Of a stretch of 64,000 bases of DNA, positions 1 to 11,431 are shown in pieces (position 1 is the first letter of the stretch; every line of letters begins with the position of its first letter). Source of the DNA: a virus; IMG/VR virus record IMGVR_UViG_3300045988_105165, positions 87,445 to 151,444 of that record. One strand, written 5' to 3'. Below the pieces are notes generated by a model. It was given only the letters and a program-made list of their open reading frames with translations. It did not search any database and was not told the origin of the DNA. Made by a program: the position numbers and the translations under genes.

Positions 1-1542
1 GGATATTTCGGACAAGGAAATAACAGATTGTCTGAAGCTTATGATGCTTTACTTCTTTCTGATTCTAAGGCAAATGGAGCTACAAAGGCTATAAATAACA
101 TAACTGATTATCAAATCGATAATATAGTTACTGAAAAAAATAAGGATATTATCAGGAAAGTTCGTAATGCTAAGTTTATGAAAGGAAATTCTTTTATAAA
201 TCTTACCGATACAGATGATAAGGCTGGAGCTTTCCTACTCGCCACGGCCATAACAACTGGTGTATCTGATGCTGTAGGGTTTAGAGAGTACATGATGGAT
301 CCTTCGAGAGGAATAGATATTCTTAGTGCTATATCTCCGTCATTAGGAGCTAAGGCGAGTGCCGGCAAGTTGGGGAAAAACATATCTGATGCTATTACAA
401 GCGAGAATAATGGTTCTTCTACTGGTACATTGGCTCTTATTAATGGAATGAAGAAACTCAATGGCGATCCTGATTTTAATATATCTGATTATATGACCAT
501 AGATAAGGATGGTGATATAGATTTAAAAGATTATCAGGAAGGTGAACCATTGACTATTACCCAGCTAAGATATGCTGAGAAAAACAGTAGGGTGTCTGAT
601 ATGATAGCAAGTCAGATGCAGGATGAGATAAAAATGTCTGTATCTCCCGATCAGATTTCTGATAAGTTATCTCAGTATCATTACCTTGATTCTTACAAAA
701 GATACAATTGGAATGCCGATTCGCCGGAAAAGTCTTTGCAGAAGGCTCAGTTTAGAAGATTGTCTGGTTACATGGCAGGAAAGGTAAATAATCTGGATCC
801 TACTGCTATTAATGCCATTAATATGGATGCCGAGATAGATAATGGCACCGTTAGAAGATTCTTGACTGCTCAAGTAGGTTCCGGTGAAAATTCTTATGTT
901 ACAGAAAGGGTTGAGATTACGAATGACGAGCTTCTTAAGGCGGGTATAGATCCTTCGGTCGAGGAGCGCAATTATCCGGTAGATGGCTACAAATCAAGTT
1001 TTGAAATCTGTGATTTTGTAGATACCGGAAAGAAGGAAGGTTATTCTTATGATAAGTATCTTATACGTAATGGCCTTCCTCGTTTGGCTTCTAAGGCTGA
1101 TGTTAAGAATGATCTTTATGATATAGTAAAGGTTCATGGTTCTTACCTTAAGCCAGAAGAAATGAATGTTGTTAAAGCCCTTGTTGATAATTTTATTGAC
1201 ATGTCTGATAATATATCAGTTCAGTTGGAGGGAATGGACGATAGGGGTTCAAGAGAGGTAGCGGTCAATTTCTATGACAAAAGGACTAAAAATTCTAAAA
1301 ATCCTGCATTGTTGTTCTCGGATTTTGTTCCTTTGGATCCAGGTAATGATGAGTATGCGGATTACTGGAATAGCATTCACCAGAAGTGTCCTCAGTACTT
1401 CTTTGTAAAATACGTGAAGGAGGCTGTTCAAGAACGTCTTGATCAGATGAGGGATCCGTATATGAGAGGAATAAATATCACGCCCAACATGAATGACAAG
1501 TTTAGTAAGTTGAACGATTTTTTGCAGAAAATTTATGGCTGA
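1..1542 (+). CDS. hypothetical virion-associated protein, 5'-partial. The frame is open to the window start, and the TTG at 28 is only the first in-window start
   Basis: 504-aa ORF with no in-frame stop upstream of position 28. Its stop overlaps the start of the giant ORF (ATGGCTGA). No recognisable catalytic motif. Confidence 0.5.
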   Translation, partial: GYFGQGNNRLSEAYDALLLSDSKANGATKAINNITDYQIDNIVTEKNKDIIRKVRNAKFMKGNSFINLTDTDDKAGAFLLATAITTGVSDAVGFREYMMDPSRGIDILSAISPSLGAKASAGKLGKNISDAITSENNGSSTGTLALINGMKKLNGDPDFNISDYMTIDKDGDIDLKDYQEGEPLTITQLRYAEKNSRVSDMIASQMQDEIKMSVSPDQISDKLSQYHYLDSYKRYNWNADSPEKSLQKAQFRRLSGYMAGKVNNLDPTAINAINMDAEIDNGTVRRFLTAQVGSGENSYVTERVEITNDELLKAGIDPSVEERNYPVDGYKSSFEICDFVDTGKKEGYSYDKYLIRNGLPRLASKADVKNDLYDIVKVHGSYLKPEEMNVVKALVDNFIDMSDNISVQLEGMDDRGSREVAVNFYDKRTKNSKNPALLFSDFVPLDPGNDEYADYWNSIHQKCPQYFFVKYVKEAVQERLDQMRDPYMRGINITPNMNDKFSKLNDFLQKIYG

Positions 1543-4500
1543 CAATAATATAGATAGATATAATCCTGCTGCTAAAACCACTTACGAAGATGTGGCAAGG
1601 CAAAGAAAATTAGCCGAAGAAGAGAATTATACTCCGGCTACACTACCAGAGACGACAACGCCTCTGGTTCCTAATTATATGCCTGGTGAAGGTGTGTATG
1701 CCCAACCTAAATTTCCGGATTACGCATCAAGGATAGCTGCTGCCGAATACGAAGAACCGTATATAGCCAAGGAGATAAGCAACAGCTACTCGGAGGCACT
1801 GGCTCGTAACAGCTACAGGGGGGCTACACCTGCCCCGCCGCCTCTTAATCCCTATGGACCAAAGGTAAGTATCCGTGAAAGTCATCAGATGGGTAATGAT
1901 GGGGTATGGCGTACAAAATATCCCAACTATATTCCGGGTATAAACAATGAGGATTATTATGCCAGGAGACAGAGCGGATGGAGTAAGTTTTGGAATGGTG
2001 TAGGCAAATTCGCTTTAAAGTCTGCATTGTACGGTGCACAAGGAGTTGTGTCATTGCCTGACAAACTTATCAATATGGCATCTGAGGGAAGTTATAAAGC
2101 TGCGTTAAACACTAACATGGATAAGTTTGTAGGTGATCTTGACCAGCAAATAGACATGCTTCTTCCTCATTATTACAAGAAAGAGGTAGAAGATTATAAT
2201 TTTGGTCAGAAGCTTTTTAAGGATACCGGTAATTTCTTATGGAATGATGTCCTTGGTAATGGTATGTCTTTTACCGTAGGAGCCATGATATCAGCGTACA
2301 TGACCGGAGGACTTGGAGTTGGATCATTGGGCAATATAGGTGCTAAATTAGGTGGAAGAATCGGAGCTAAGTTAGCAGCAAGGCAAGCTGCCAATAGGGG
2401 CATAGGAAGCCTTAAAGGTGTGTTTAACGACTATGTAAGAAAAGGAGTTGCTACCGGAAGAAATGTAGGGGAGGCGGCTAAGACCATGACGTTGTTGGCT
2501 ACCAGTGCCGGATTCGAGTCATCGGTTGAAGCAAATTCTTTTATGAAGCAATCCGAGTCTGATTTCAAGGATTATTATCGTAAGATTTATGGTCGTGATC
2601 CCAATGCAGAGGAGATGGCTGTTTTTCGCAATTCTAATGCTGATGTAGGTAGTGCTATATTTGCCGCCAATATGGGTATAGTAGGATTATCTAACTGGCT
2701 TCTTTTTGGTAAGTATATAGGGTTAGGAGGAAAGGCTATACCTGGGTTGGAAAAGAGGCTCAACAAGCATTTATTTGGATTAGGGACGGAAGTTGCGAAG
2801 CCGGGAGAGATGGCTATTAAAATAACCAATCCTAATATAGGACAGAAGATAGCAGGCAATGTTTTCAATATCATGAAAAGACCTGTATCCGAAGGCTTAT
2901 GGGAAGAAGGATCTCAAGGTGCTGTTCAGAATACGGCTGAGGAATATGTTAAGTCAAGATATGATAATGTAGCCATGAACGGAGCCGTTGATGTTCTTGA
3001 TGCTATTTCTGAAGGATTTAAAAAGCAATATACGTCTAAAGAAGGATGGACTGAAATAGGAATCGGTGCTATTATCGGTTCTTTGTTTGGTATGAGGGAA
3101 GGCTTCTTTGGGGTGAAAGAGTATAGCAATAGTCAGATCTTGCTGGAAAGGCAAGTGAATGAATACAACAAAGCATCTTCTAATCTTAACACGGCGGCTT
3201 TGAATACGTTGAAAAAATCAATGAGTTTAGGGCCTCAAGTTCGTTCCGATGCCCAGTCTATGACTGGCAAGGAGCTTGATGATGCTATGTTTGAAAAGAT
3301 GTCTATTGACAACCAAATGGGAACCTTAGAGGATTCGGCTGAAAATTTTAGGCAGATGATTGATATGATGCCTATTTCGGAAATAGCCGAAGCTAATGGA
3401 ATGTCTTTGGAAGAGGCAAAGAAATACAAGGATTCTATTATTGATAATTATAACAATCGTCTTTCGGATTTCAGATCTGCCCAGAGTTTTGCCGAAGATC
3501 TTATAGGTGATGATTCTAAGATTGAGTTTAGGAAATACGTGGCTCGTAATGCCTTCCTTGGTCTTCAATCAGAATCAAGAATGAAAGACATAGCTTCTGT
3601 CATAGAAACGCTTTCGGGGCAGCCTCGCGTGGCGGATGCTCTAAGTACGTTCTCCCGGCTGTCGGACAGGGCAAGGGAGCGGGCGATGGCTATCCGTGGC
3701 ATACGGTCAAGAATAGAAGAACTTGAATCCGAAATAGAAGATCTTGCTACCCGCCCTCGCAACGTAGAAGGGAAAGATCCACAAGCTGAATCCATACAAC
3801 GAAAAACCAAAGAATTGGAAAGCCTTAGAACCAATTACAATAATTCGTTGTCTGAGTTATCAACGTTAATAGGAAAAGAGTTTTCGATAGAAGAGCTGGT
3901 AAGTAAAACCGAATCTGTTTTATCATCTCCTCTTTCTCCCATAAGTTCACAAGATGTGATAGAAGCCTATGATACGCTTGTGGCTTTTGATGATTATTTT
4001 AATGTAAAATCAAGACAGGAAAAGAAGTTTACAGCCAAAGACAAAGCCATGAGATCCTTGGTAAATGAATACCGAAGAAGTTTGATGGACTATAGGAATA
4101 TGAATAACTTCTTGTCTAAGATGCTTGATAAAAGATTCTTAGCTGAGGAAAACAGGGGGTTTTCAAAAGCGCTGTCTTCTCTATGGTCTACTCCTTATAA
4201 AGGGGATGACAAGGTTCCTGATTTTGCAGAGTCTAATAAAGTTGGTGAATATGACACTGATGAGGTAGTAGATCAAGCTGTGTCAGAAGGTAAGATTTCG
4301 GAAGACGAAGCTTGGACTATCAAGGCTTTTATGCATGCTCTTGATAAAGTAAGGGAAGATAGGATGAAGGAAGCAGAAGATGATATAAAAGAGTCACCGC
4401 TTACGGAGTCTGTATCGGATGAAGATTATGAGGCTGCGATGGACAATCCTATTATGGTTCCGGCCGTAAGGCAGTCTATAATTGATAAACTATATACAGG

Positions 4501-7500
4501 TAATGCCGATCTTCTTACTGCGAGAGAAAAAGATGTGTATGATAAATACAAACAAGATTTTGATGATTATGTATCGTCTTTGGGTGACAGCCCTGTTAAT
4601 CTCATAAAATCATTATCTGAGAAGGCTGATAGGCTTACAAGTCCGAGATCTGTGTATGAGGATAATAAAGCTATTATTGATATGGCTAAATCCAATTTAG
4701 AACCAGATCAAAGGAAGGAACTTGATGATGCTATTTCTTCGTATGTTGATATAATGAACAGACGGGATAAAGGGGAGAAGGTTGACGAAGATAAGCTTGC
4801 TGATTCGGTATTTACCATAGAAGATCTTGGTCAGGTTGGAAACATCACAGATCTCCTTCCTTATATTGAACAAAACAGGATTATTGACAAAGGTCGTATT
4901 TCCGAATCTACGTTAAGTAATTTTGGAGAGGATGATGCTAATATAGATTCTCTTGTAAATGAATTAGACGAATCTGACAATACACCGGGAGCTAACATAG
5001 ATAGCGCCCAGAATCCAGAGACGTTGATGGTTAGAAGAATATCCAATGACGGCAATGAAAGGTATGAAATTGCGGGTCTTAGAGCCGATAAATTTATATC
5101 TTCTATAAAATCATTGGTTCCTATTCAAATAAGCTCTGAAACGAACGCTAATGGCACTAAAAGGTATTCTCTTAACATAGGTGGGGAAACGGCTACTATA
5201 ATTGAACTTCCTTATCATGCGAGATGGTCTATAGATAAAGAATCGGCTCGTGTTCTTAACCGTTACACAGATGTGTCTATTCAGGATGTGGGTAATTCCT
5301 ATTCTTTGGTTTATAAGCGTCTTGATTCAGATGAGTTGGTTCCGTACAGAACAGGTGTTGGATTCGGAGAGAATGAGGTAGATAAAATAGATCAGGAAGC
5401 ATTATCTTCTTTGAAAAAAGGAGATAAGGTTAATCTCGAAATAGATGTAAATGATACCTATAATCAGTCTCTTTTTGCCGAATACAATGATGCTGTTCAG
5501 TCCGGCGATAAAAAAAGAATAGAATCTGCTGAGAATAAACTGGTGTCCAATATGGTTATCAAGGTCATGAGTGGGAACAGATTCGTTTCTGTTGTAAAAG
5601 CTGATACAGGAGGCATAGATGGTATAAGTAAAATAAGAAGAACGGCTTTTAACAAGTGGAAGAAGGACGCCGGCCGGTCGGCTACCATCGGCGTCGGCAC
5701 GCATGTTGTTGCCCAGACCCTTCCCGGAAGACCGGTGTTTAACATGAAGGTGAACGGTCAAGGATATGGCCAGATAGAAAATCTCCCTATTACCGAAAAA
5801 GGTGCTGAAAAAGTATCTGATGTTGGATATGTATTAAATGGCAAAGTCGTGCTTAAGAACGGATCTAAATACACAGGCTTCCCATTTGCTTATTCTATAT
5901 TAAATGACAAGGGGAATAATTACAAAAATGTAAGAGTTCCGGTAGTCGTCATCAAAGGTAAAAACGGTCTTAATTATCTTTTCCCAGTTAGCCTACGTTC
6001 TGTAGAATCAGAGGAAGGGCAGAAATGGATGTCTTTTATAGATATGCTACTTGAATCTGGTGATTCTGAATTGCTACAGATGGGTCAAGATGATATACAA
6101 GATCTTAATGCGTATCTAACCAAGTTAGGTCTTGATCCGGCTTCGTATCAAGTATCGTACTTGAATCCTATTTCAGGGCTTAGAAAAGCTCGTGAGGCTA
6201 TAGAAAAATTATCTACGGTTCCTGATGTTGTTAAGTGGGTAGAAGATGAAAGCAGGAGTGTGAAAGACATTGTGACGTCTGAAGTAGAATCTGGAATAGA
6301 TTTCGAAGGTGAGATGTTTGTCGCTCCTAAGATCAGGATCCAGTTTGGTAAATCATCTTCCAGACCTAAGTCACTTATAGAGGATGATCTTCCTTTCTCT
6401 GATGAGGGTAAGACCGTTACTTCTAAGGAAGACGTGGAAGTTTACGAAGAGGAAATTCCAGAGGAAGGGGCTGTCCGGGAGACTCAGCCGGCGCCATTAG
6501 CTCAGCCGGCTCCTGCGGCACAAGCTACGCAGTCTTTACCTGGCAAGAAGCGTACCTCCAGGAAAAACTTCTCTCTTATGTTAAACGAAATAGAATCTCA
6601 TATAGAAAAAGAAGGATTGCCGTCTTATGCTAATATTTTTGATTTTATAGCAAGGAAGATTGTAGGAGGTGATTTGAGGTTTCTTCGTGAGAGAGGTAAT
6701 CCTAAAAGCCTTAAGGAAGAAATGGGATTAGAACCTAAAGGAATAGTAGGTGATAAAATATCCACTCCTTCCAGTAAAGGTGGTAAGATCTTAGAAGAAT
6801 ACGTTTCTTGGCTTCGTTCTCAAACAGATCAGGTGGTGGTTGATTATGTTGGGCCAAGATCTGACGAACAAATTATATCAGAGTTGAAAAACTTTTTGAA
6901 ATATATTAATTTTGTTCCAAGCAAGGCTTTGAATTATTCTCTTAGAGTCAATGGCATGGATACCCTAAAAGAATATGGCACAAAAGAGGAAGTAGAAAAA
7001 ATGGAATCTGATATCAATAGTTTGGTTTCTAAAGTTTTGCCTACGGTGGACAACCAAACTATAGAAGATGTTTCTATTGCAATAAAATCAAACAACTTGC
7101 CTGCCATATGGGAGCCCGTGGAAAGCCTTGATATGACAAACGAGGAAAAAATAGAGTTTTTGAATAACGTAGCAGATTTCCTTAGCGGCATACCAGAGTA
7201 TGATGCTGTCGTGGAGTCTATAGAGTCAGAATCAGATAATATTTTAAATGATGGAAAAGAAGGAAGTGCAGAAGGCGGTGCAGTACGCACTGAGGAAGAT
7301 GGCGATAAAAAGGGAGATGGAGAAGGCAAAGGACAATCCAGAACAAATGTCGAAGTTAAAGGAAATGTCGAATTACCTGGATATGAAGAAGGAAGAGTAG
7401 ATAACTATAGGAAGAACGGAGATAAGTTCTCTGACATTGCTGAAGTCACTTTATGGCTACTTAGAAGGGCTGCCGGCATAACCTCTATCCCGGAAGGAGA

Positions 7501-8176
7501 AGAGGTTTATGTAGAGGGAGATGAGGTTAATAGTATTATGACCGATATGGAATCAAGGTATGGTATAGACACCATCAATCACTCGCATACGACTAAGGCT
7601 ATAAGGGATCTTAACGGCGTATCAGGTTATAAAGTAGAATACGGCTTAACCTTTTTGACATACGATCCTTTTATTAGGATATCCAATCCAAGGGAAGAAT
7701 ATAAGGCTGCGAAAGACGAGCCTCGTATATCCGAAGAACCGCTTACTCACATATCAAGGGTGACAACCCCTTATTTCCTGTACGGCGGTGATGAAGCATA
7801 TACATCTGTTCCGGCTAAGGTAGAACCTATACCGGAGAAGATAATGGGTCGTAATGGCATTAAATTTGGTATGAGTGTAGTCGAGTTAACCAAATTAGGG
7901 TACAAAAAAGCTGGTGGAAACTGGATATATAAATTCTATATGAACTCAGGTGTGTATGATTTGTATAATATCAGTACCGGTGAAGCGTTTAGGGCAAAAC
8001 CGGATCTTGGAGTTAAGATAAGTTCCAGTGCATTCATCCGCTCTTTATCTCAATCTGGTAGAAAAATACAAAATATGATGAGTAATATGAGCCAGGAAGA
8101 GATAGATAGGAATAAGAATCTCGTAGAAGGTTCCGATAATTCGGATTCGATAAATGAGTTAAATAAGGAGTGTTGA
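1535..8176 (+). CDS. giant 2213-aa protein, candidate internal/ejected virion protein or tape-measure-like
   Basis: Uninterrupted 6.6-kb ORF. Gly-rich segment GGLGVGSLGNIGAKLGGRIGAKL, long coiled-coil and acidic stretches. Translationally coupled to the upstream gene. No polymerase or lysozyme motif found. Confidence 0.7.
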   Translation: MADNNIDRYNPAAKTTYEDVARQRKLAEEENYTPATLPETTTPLVPNYMPGEGVYAQPKFPDYASRIAAAEYEEPYIAKEISNSYSEALARNSYRGATPAPPPLNPYGPKVSIRESHQMGNDGVWRTKYPNYIPGINNEDYYARRQSGWSKFWNGVGKFALKSALYGAQGVVSLPDKLINMASEGSYKAALNTNMDKFVGDLDQQIDMLLPHYYKKEVEDYNFGQKLFKDTGNFLWNDVLGNGMSFTVGAMISAYMTGGLGVGSLGNIGAKLGGRIGAKLAARQAANRGIGSLKGVFNDYVRKGVATGRNVGEAAKTMTLLATSAGFESSVEANSFMKQSESDFKDYYRKIYGRDPNAEEMAVFRNSNADVGSAIFAANMGIVGLSNWLLFGKYIGLGGKAIPGLEKRLNKHLFGLGTEVAKPGEMAIKITNPNIGQKIAGNVFNIMKRPVSEGLWEEGSQGAVQNTAEEYVKSRYDNVAMNGAVDVLDAISEGFKKQYTSKEGWTEIGIGAIIGSLFGMREGFFGVKEYSNSQILLERQVNEYNKASSNLNTAALNTLKKSMSLGPQVRSDAQSMTGKELDDAMFEKMSIDNQMGTLEDSAENFRQMIDMMPISEIAEANGMSLEEAKKYKDSIIDNYNNRLSDFRSAQSFAEDLIGDDSKIEFRKYVARNAFLGLQSESRMKDIASVIETLSGQPRVADALSTFSRLSDRARERAMAIRGIRSRIEELESEIEDLATRPRNVEGKDPQAESIQRKTKELESLRTNYNNSLSELSTLIGKEFSIEELVSKTESVLSSPLSPISSQDVIEAYDTLVAFDDYFNVKSRQEKKFTAKDKAMRSLVNEYRRSLMDYRNMNNFLSKMLDKRFLAEENRGFSKALSSLWSTPYKGDDKVPDFAESNKVGEYDTDEVVDQAVSEGKISEDEAWTIKAFMHALDKVREDRMKEAEDDIKESPLTESVSDEDYEAAMDNPIMVPAVRQSIIDKLYTGNADLLTAREKDVYDKYKQDFDDYVSSLGDSPVNLIKSLSEKADRLTSPRSVYEDNKAIIDMAKSNLEPDQRKELDDAISSYVDIMNRRDKGEKVDEDKLADSVFTIEDLGQVGNITDLLPYIEQNRIIDKGRISESTLSNFGEDDANIDSLVNELDESDNTPGANIDSAQNPETLMVRRISNDGNERYEIAGLRADKFISSIKSLVPIQISSETNANGTKRYSLNIGGETATIIELPYHARWSIDKESARVLNRYTDVSIQDVGNSYSLVYKRLDSDELVPYRTGVGFGENEVDKIDQEALSSLKKGDKVNLEIDVNDTYNQSLFAEYNDAVQSGDKKRIESAENKLVSNMVIKVMSGNRFVSVVKADTGGIDGISKIRRTAFNKWKKDAGRSATIGVGTHVVAQTLPGRPVFNMKVNGQGYGQIENLPITEKGAEKVSDVGYVLNGKVVLKNGSKYTGFPFAYSILNDKGNNYKNVRVPVVVIKGKNGLNYLFPVSLRSVESEEGQKWMSFIDMLLESGDSELLQMGQDDIQDLNAYLTKLGLDPASYQVSYLNPISGLRKAREAIEKLSTVPDVVKWVEDESRSVKDIVTSEVESGIDFEGEMFVAPKIRIQFGKSSSRPKSLIEDDLPFSDEGKTVTSKEDVEVYEEEIPEEGAVRETQPAPLAQPAPAAQATQSLPGKKRTSRKNFSLMLNEIESHIEKEGLPSYANIFDFIARKIVGGDLRFLRERGNPKSLKEEMGLEPKGIVGDKISTPSSKGGKILEEYVSWLRSQTDQVVVDYVGPRSDEQIISELKNFLKYINFVPSKALNYSLRVNGMDTLKEYGTKEEVEKMESDINSLVSKVLPTVDNQTIEDVSIAIKSNNLPAIWEPVESLDMTNEEKIEFLNNVADFLSGIPEYDAVVESIESESDNILNDGKEGSAEGGAVRTEEDGDKKGDGEGKGQSRTNVEVKGNVELPGYEEGRVDNYRKNGDKFSDIAEVTLWLLRRAAGITSIPEGEEVYVEGDEVNSIMTDMESRYGIDTINHSHTTKAIRDLNGVSGYKVEYGLTFLTYDPFIRISNPREEYKAAKDEPRISEEPLTHISRVTTPYFLYGGDEAYTSVPAKVEPIPEKIMGRNGIKFGMSVVELTKLGYKKAGGNWIYKFYMNSGVYDLYNISTGEAFRAKPDLGVKISSSAFIRSLSQSGRKIQNMMSNMSQEEIDRNKNLVEGSDNSDSINELNKEC

Positions 8177-8356
8177 GTATGAGAAGGAGATTTTTTAATG
8201 CTGCGGATAATTTCGTGGGAGGATGTTATAATAAGTTATCCAATGAAGATATAAAAAAGGCTTGGAGGAAAAAGACCTTATGTATGTCAGTTTAATAAAA
8301 TTCATATACATATAGGACCTGTATTAAAAGATCATGATTCTGATGTTAGTTACATA

Positions 8357-8710
8357 ATGTTTAATAGTAATTGGAATTATGGTGGTTATGATTCTATGGT
8401 TTATAATCATAGCAATAATGGTATTTTTATATTAGGCGAAAATAAAATTGGTAATATAGAAAATCATATACAGGATCTAACATATTGGTACGAATATGAT
8501 CCAAACATTAATGAAAATTATTGTTATTATTATTATGAAGCTGATAATAGTGGAAATGCTATTAAGTTGAATGGTGAGTTTAGTGATGTTAGCACTGTTT
8601 TTAACATTCCCAGTTTGAAGGTTACCACTCTTCGTGATGGCAGTTTGAGTTTTCCGGAGATTTATATAGAAGGAATTTGGGATCCGTCATTGTATAAGTC
8701 GGTTTTATAA
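8357..8710 (+). CDS. hypothetical protein (117 aa, Asn/Tyr-rich)
   Basis: Co-directional ORF in the plus block. Very AT-rich. Confidence 0.4.
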   Translation: MFNSNWNYGGYDSMVYNHSNNGIFILGENKIGNIENHIQDLTYWYEYDPNINENYCYYYYEADNSGNAIKLNGEFSDVSTVFNIPSLKVTTLRDGSLSFPEIYIEGIWDPSLYKSVL

Positions 8711-8711
8711 T

Positions 8712-8719
8712 TAACTTTG
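8712..8719 (+). promoter_or_regulatory. TAACTTTG, Bacteroidota-type -7 box (TAnnTTTG) inside an 8-bp inverted repeat TTAACTTT..AAAGTTAA
   Basis: Matches TAnnTTTG about 18 nt upstream of the ATG at 8737. The flanking palindrome suggests an operator. Confidence 0.3.
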
Positions 8720-8736
8720 CAAAAAAGTTAATTACA

Positions 8737-10995
8737 ATGGGTGTCAAATGTCAGATAGAAAAAAAGGAAAATGAAATAAAACGGGTTAAGGCTCCTAACG
8801 GGGAGCCTTCCGTTCTTTACGAAAGTGCTTTAAAAGTATTAGGAAACAGCGAGCGGGCTCTTCAGGTATGGGCTAAGGCTTACACTCCTGGTTTTTTGTC
8901 GTATTACGGTCATTGGAATAACCCGGCTCCAGGAGAGATGTTTAATACCGATCCCAATGGTGAACCTCTTTTAGAAGACGTGCTGTCGTATATGAAGCGT
9001 CAGACTTATTTTGCTGATCCTTTAACGGCTCAGGATGTTAAGGATGTAAGGGATTTCCTTTTGTCTACTCATTATTTTTTCAATGCGTCTTCATTGTCTA
9101 ATGCTATTCTCTTCGATTTTTATGTAGATGGCAGTTTGATACTGAATGAGCAGAAATTAAGGAGATCCGGTTTGTATGATGAAACAGAAATAAGTCGTAT
9201 TTTATCCGATCCTTCTGTTTTAAACGAGGTTTCGACTTCCATGAGAAAGTTAATAGATTCTTCTATTAACGAACATGATAGGGAAAAAGATAATTATTTT
9301 ATGTCTATTGACTATCAGTATGGTCCTATTGTTTACAAGGAGGGAGTGTTTAACCAATTTGGTAAAAAGGTACCATATAATCCTTCTGAGCTTTATTATG
9401 CTATGCGTAAAACAGTAGCCGGCATAAAAAACTTTTCTGAATTTTCATCTGCTTTTGAATCGTTGAGAAATTCATATCCTGAACTGGTTGAGAAATTCGT
9501 TTCTGATAAAGAATTTGCCGAATCTATGTTTGATGAGTTCTCATCTACGAATAAGATTCCGGTAATAAACATAGAAGGGGATGATGTGGTAGAAGGCAAG
9601 AGAAGATCCTTGTCTAAGCTACAAGATCTGTCTTATTACAATCCTGGCAAAATAGAGTTCCTAAGAGCTCGTATATCAGCTTATTTACATAGGGCTAATG
9701 CCGACACCGAATCCGATTTAAGAAGCATGATATGGGATATAGAAGAGGCTTGTACGTGGTTTGGCATAGATATAATAGGGACATCGGAAACTTATGATGG
9801 CACAGAAGAATCTTTGAATAAGATAGATAATTTGATGCTGGATCTTGATATTTATGTGGCCAGGCATAATGATGCAAATTATGCTCCAACGCTGGCATCT
9901 TCTATAGATGATGTTCTTGGTGATAGTACAGATTATTATTCTGAATTATTGCCGGAGTATATGGATAATTTGAATATCGTTTATTCTGAATCCAATATAG
10001 ACCCAGTAGAAGCGTTTGAGAAACATTCATTGCTTAAGGTAGGAGATAATCTATATCAAAGGATCAGCAAAGATGATATTAACGAGATGTATCAAATATC
10101 AACAGTGTTAGCCAAGCACAACCTAACTCATTTTTCTACTAAAATATATCCTGAATCTTGTTTTAAGAACGGCGTTTTGGATAAAGAGAAAGTACGGAAC
10201 GTAGATAATAATACGCTCATGGCTTCCATTAAAAAATACGTCAGATCGTTCATGGATTCTCAGAACACGGAGGACATGATAATGACCAGGATGGCGTTTG
10301 GACACCCGGCGGTACTTGACGTTCCTTACGTGGATGTGGATCGGGAGTATAGTCGATACATGAACAAAAAACAAGATAGCGAAAACCCATTATCCTTATT
10401 CGATTTATACCAATCTTACCTTGACAACAAACTCCATAAAACAAAATTATATGATAATGCCTATAAGTATCTTGACTTCAAACCTGGTCCATCTTTGGGC
10501 CTTATTTCTGATGATCCTGATATTTTGAAATCAATAGAATTATCTTTATCTGGAAAAGACAGGTTGATGTTGTTTGATTATAGCATGACCAGTACCGACC
10601 CTTCTTTATCAGAATTGTTTTATTTGGAGAAGTATGACCCTTCGTATGCCGGGAATGATTTTGAACACTATTTTTACACCAGGCACCCGTATTTGTTAAA
10701 AGAAAAATCGGGCCCTAATATCGTAGAGCAAGATGGTGTTATAACAGCCGAAGGTATTTATGATAATTTTATAAGAGTAGGTAATAAGATATGGTCTAAA
10801 GTAAGCGAGAGTAGTTCCGGCTCTATCTACCAAAATCTGACAGGAACCGAATCAGAGGTGAAATACGATTCTACTCAGAAGGCTAAGACGGTAGAAACCG
10901 ATTACGCTCCATACCAAAACAGATCTGGCTTGACGCAAGACATGACCGTAAGCAAGCCTGAATTGGATGATCTTAATAAATTGGAATGTAGGTAA
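8737..10995 (+). CDS. hypothetical large protein (752 aa), possibly virion-associated
   Basis: Long ORF with a TAnnTTTG box upstream and a hairpin terminator downstream. Confidence 0.65.
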   Translation: MGVKCQIEKKENEIKRVKAPNGEPSVLYESALKVLGNSERALQVWAKAYTPGFLSYYGHWNNPAPGEMFNTDPNGEPLLEDVLSYMKRQTYFADPLTAQDVKDVRDFLLSTHYFFNASSLSNAILFDFYVDGSLILNEQKLRRSGLYDETEISRILSDPSVLNEVSTSMRKLIDSSINEHDREKDNYFMSIDYQYGPIVYKEGVFNQFGKKVPYNPSELYYAMRKTVAGIKNFSEFSSAFESLRNSYPELVEKFVSDKEFAESMFDEFSSTNKIPVINIEGDDVVEGKRRSLSKLQDLSYYNPGKIEFLRARISAYLHRANADTESDLRSMIWDIEEACTWFGIDIIGTSETYDGTEESLNKIDNLMLDLDIYVARHNDANYAPTLASSIDDVLGDSTDYYSELLPEYMDNLNIVYSESNIDPVEAFEKHSLLKVGDNLYQRISKDDINEMYQISTVLAKHNLTHFSTKIYPESCFKNGVLDKEKVRNVDNNTLMASIKKYVRSFMDSQNTEDMIMTRMAFGHPAVLDVPYVDVDREYSRYMNKKQDSENPLSLFDLYQSYLDNKLHKTKLYDNAYKYLDFKPGPSLGLISDDPDILKSIELSLSGKDRLMLFDYSMTSTDPSLSELFYLEKYDPSYAGNDFEHYFYTRHPYLLKEKSGPNIVEQDGVITAEGIYDNFIRVGNKIWSKVSESSSGSIYQNLTGTESEVKYDSTQKAKTVETDYAPYQNRSGLTQDMTVSKPELDDLNKLECR

Positions 10996-11039
10996 TTTTT
11001 GTGTACATATATATAGTTTTTTCATAGTTATAATTTGGG

Positions 11040-11070
11040 AAGTGAGGCTTGAGAAAGTCTCACTTTTCTT
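11040..11070 (+). terminator. rho-independent terminator (AAGTGAG..CTCACTT stem, then TTTTCTT)
   Basis: 7-bp stem, 12-nt loop and T-tract 45 nt after the 10995 stop. Confidence 0.5.
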
Positions 11071-11218
11071 ATATATGTACGTATATCAATAACATACAAG
11101 AAAAGTTAGATTTTCATTGTTTATGGATTATTTTTGTTAAGTTTGCAATATTAGTTTCAGGAAGGGATTATAGAAATGGGAAAAAGTAAGAACCGAACGT
11201 AACTAATAACAGTAGGAA

Positions 11219-11395
11219 ATGAGAATCAGTACCATCAAACGTAACAACAGCATTCATCTTATGTATAAAAACATTATGAATGATTTAGGTCAATTAAGAA
11301 CTGTAGTTTCAAAATCCTATATTTATAATCTGATACAAAATCAAACCGGATTAAGTATCAGAACTATATCCCACATTTGTGTGTTCTTTAGTTTT
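11219..11395 (+). CDS. possible 58-aa small protein (absent from the ORF track because it is under 60 aa)
   Basis: ATG..TAG ORF in a 640-bp intergenic gap. TATTTTTG box near 11131. A strong hairpin and T-tract follow at 11432. Confidence 0.2.
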
Positions 11396-11431
11396 TAGAT
11401 TTAAGTTTTTCATGGTATTAGTTTAGAGATC

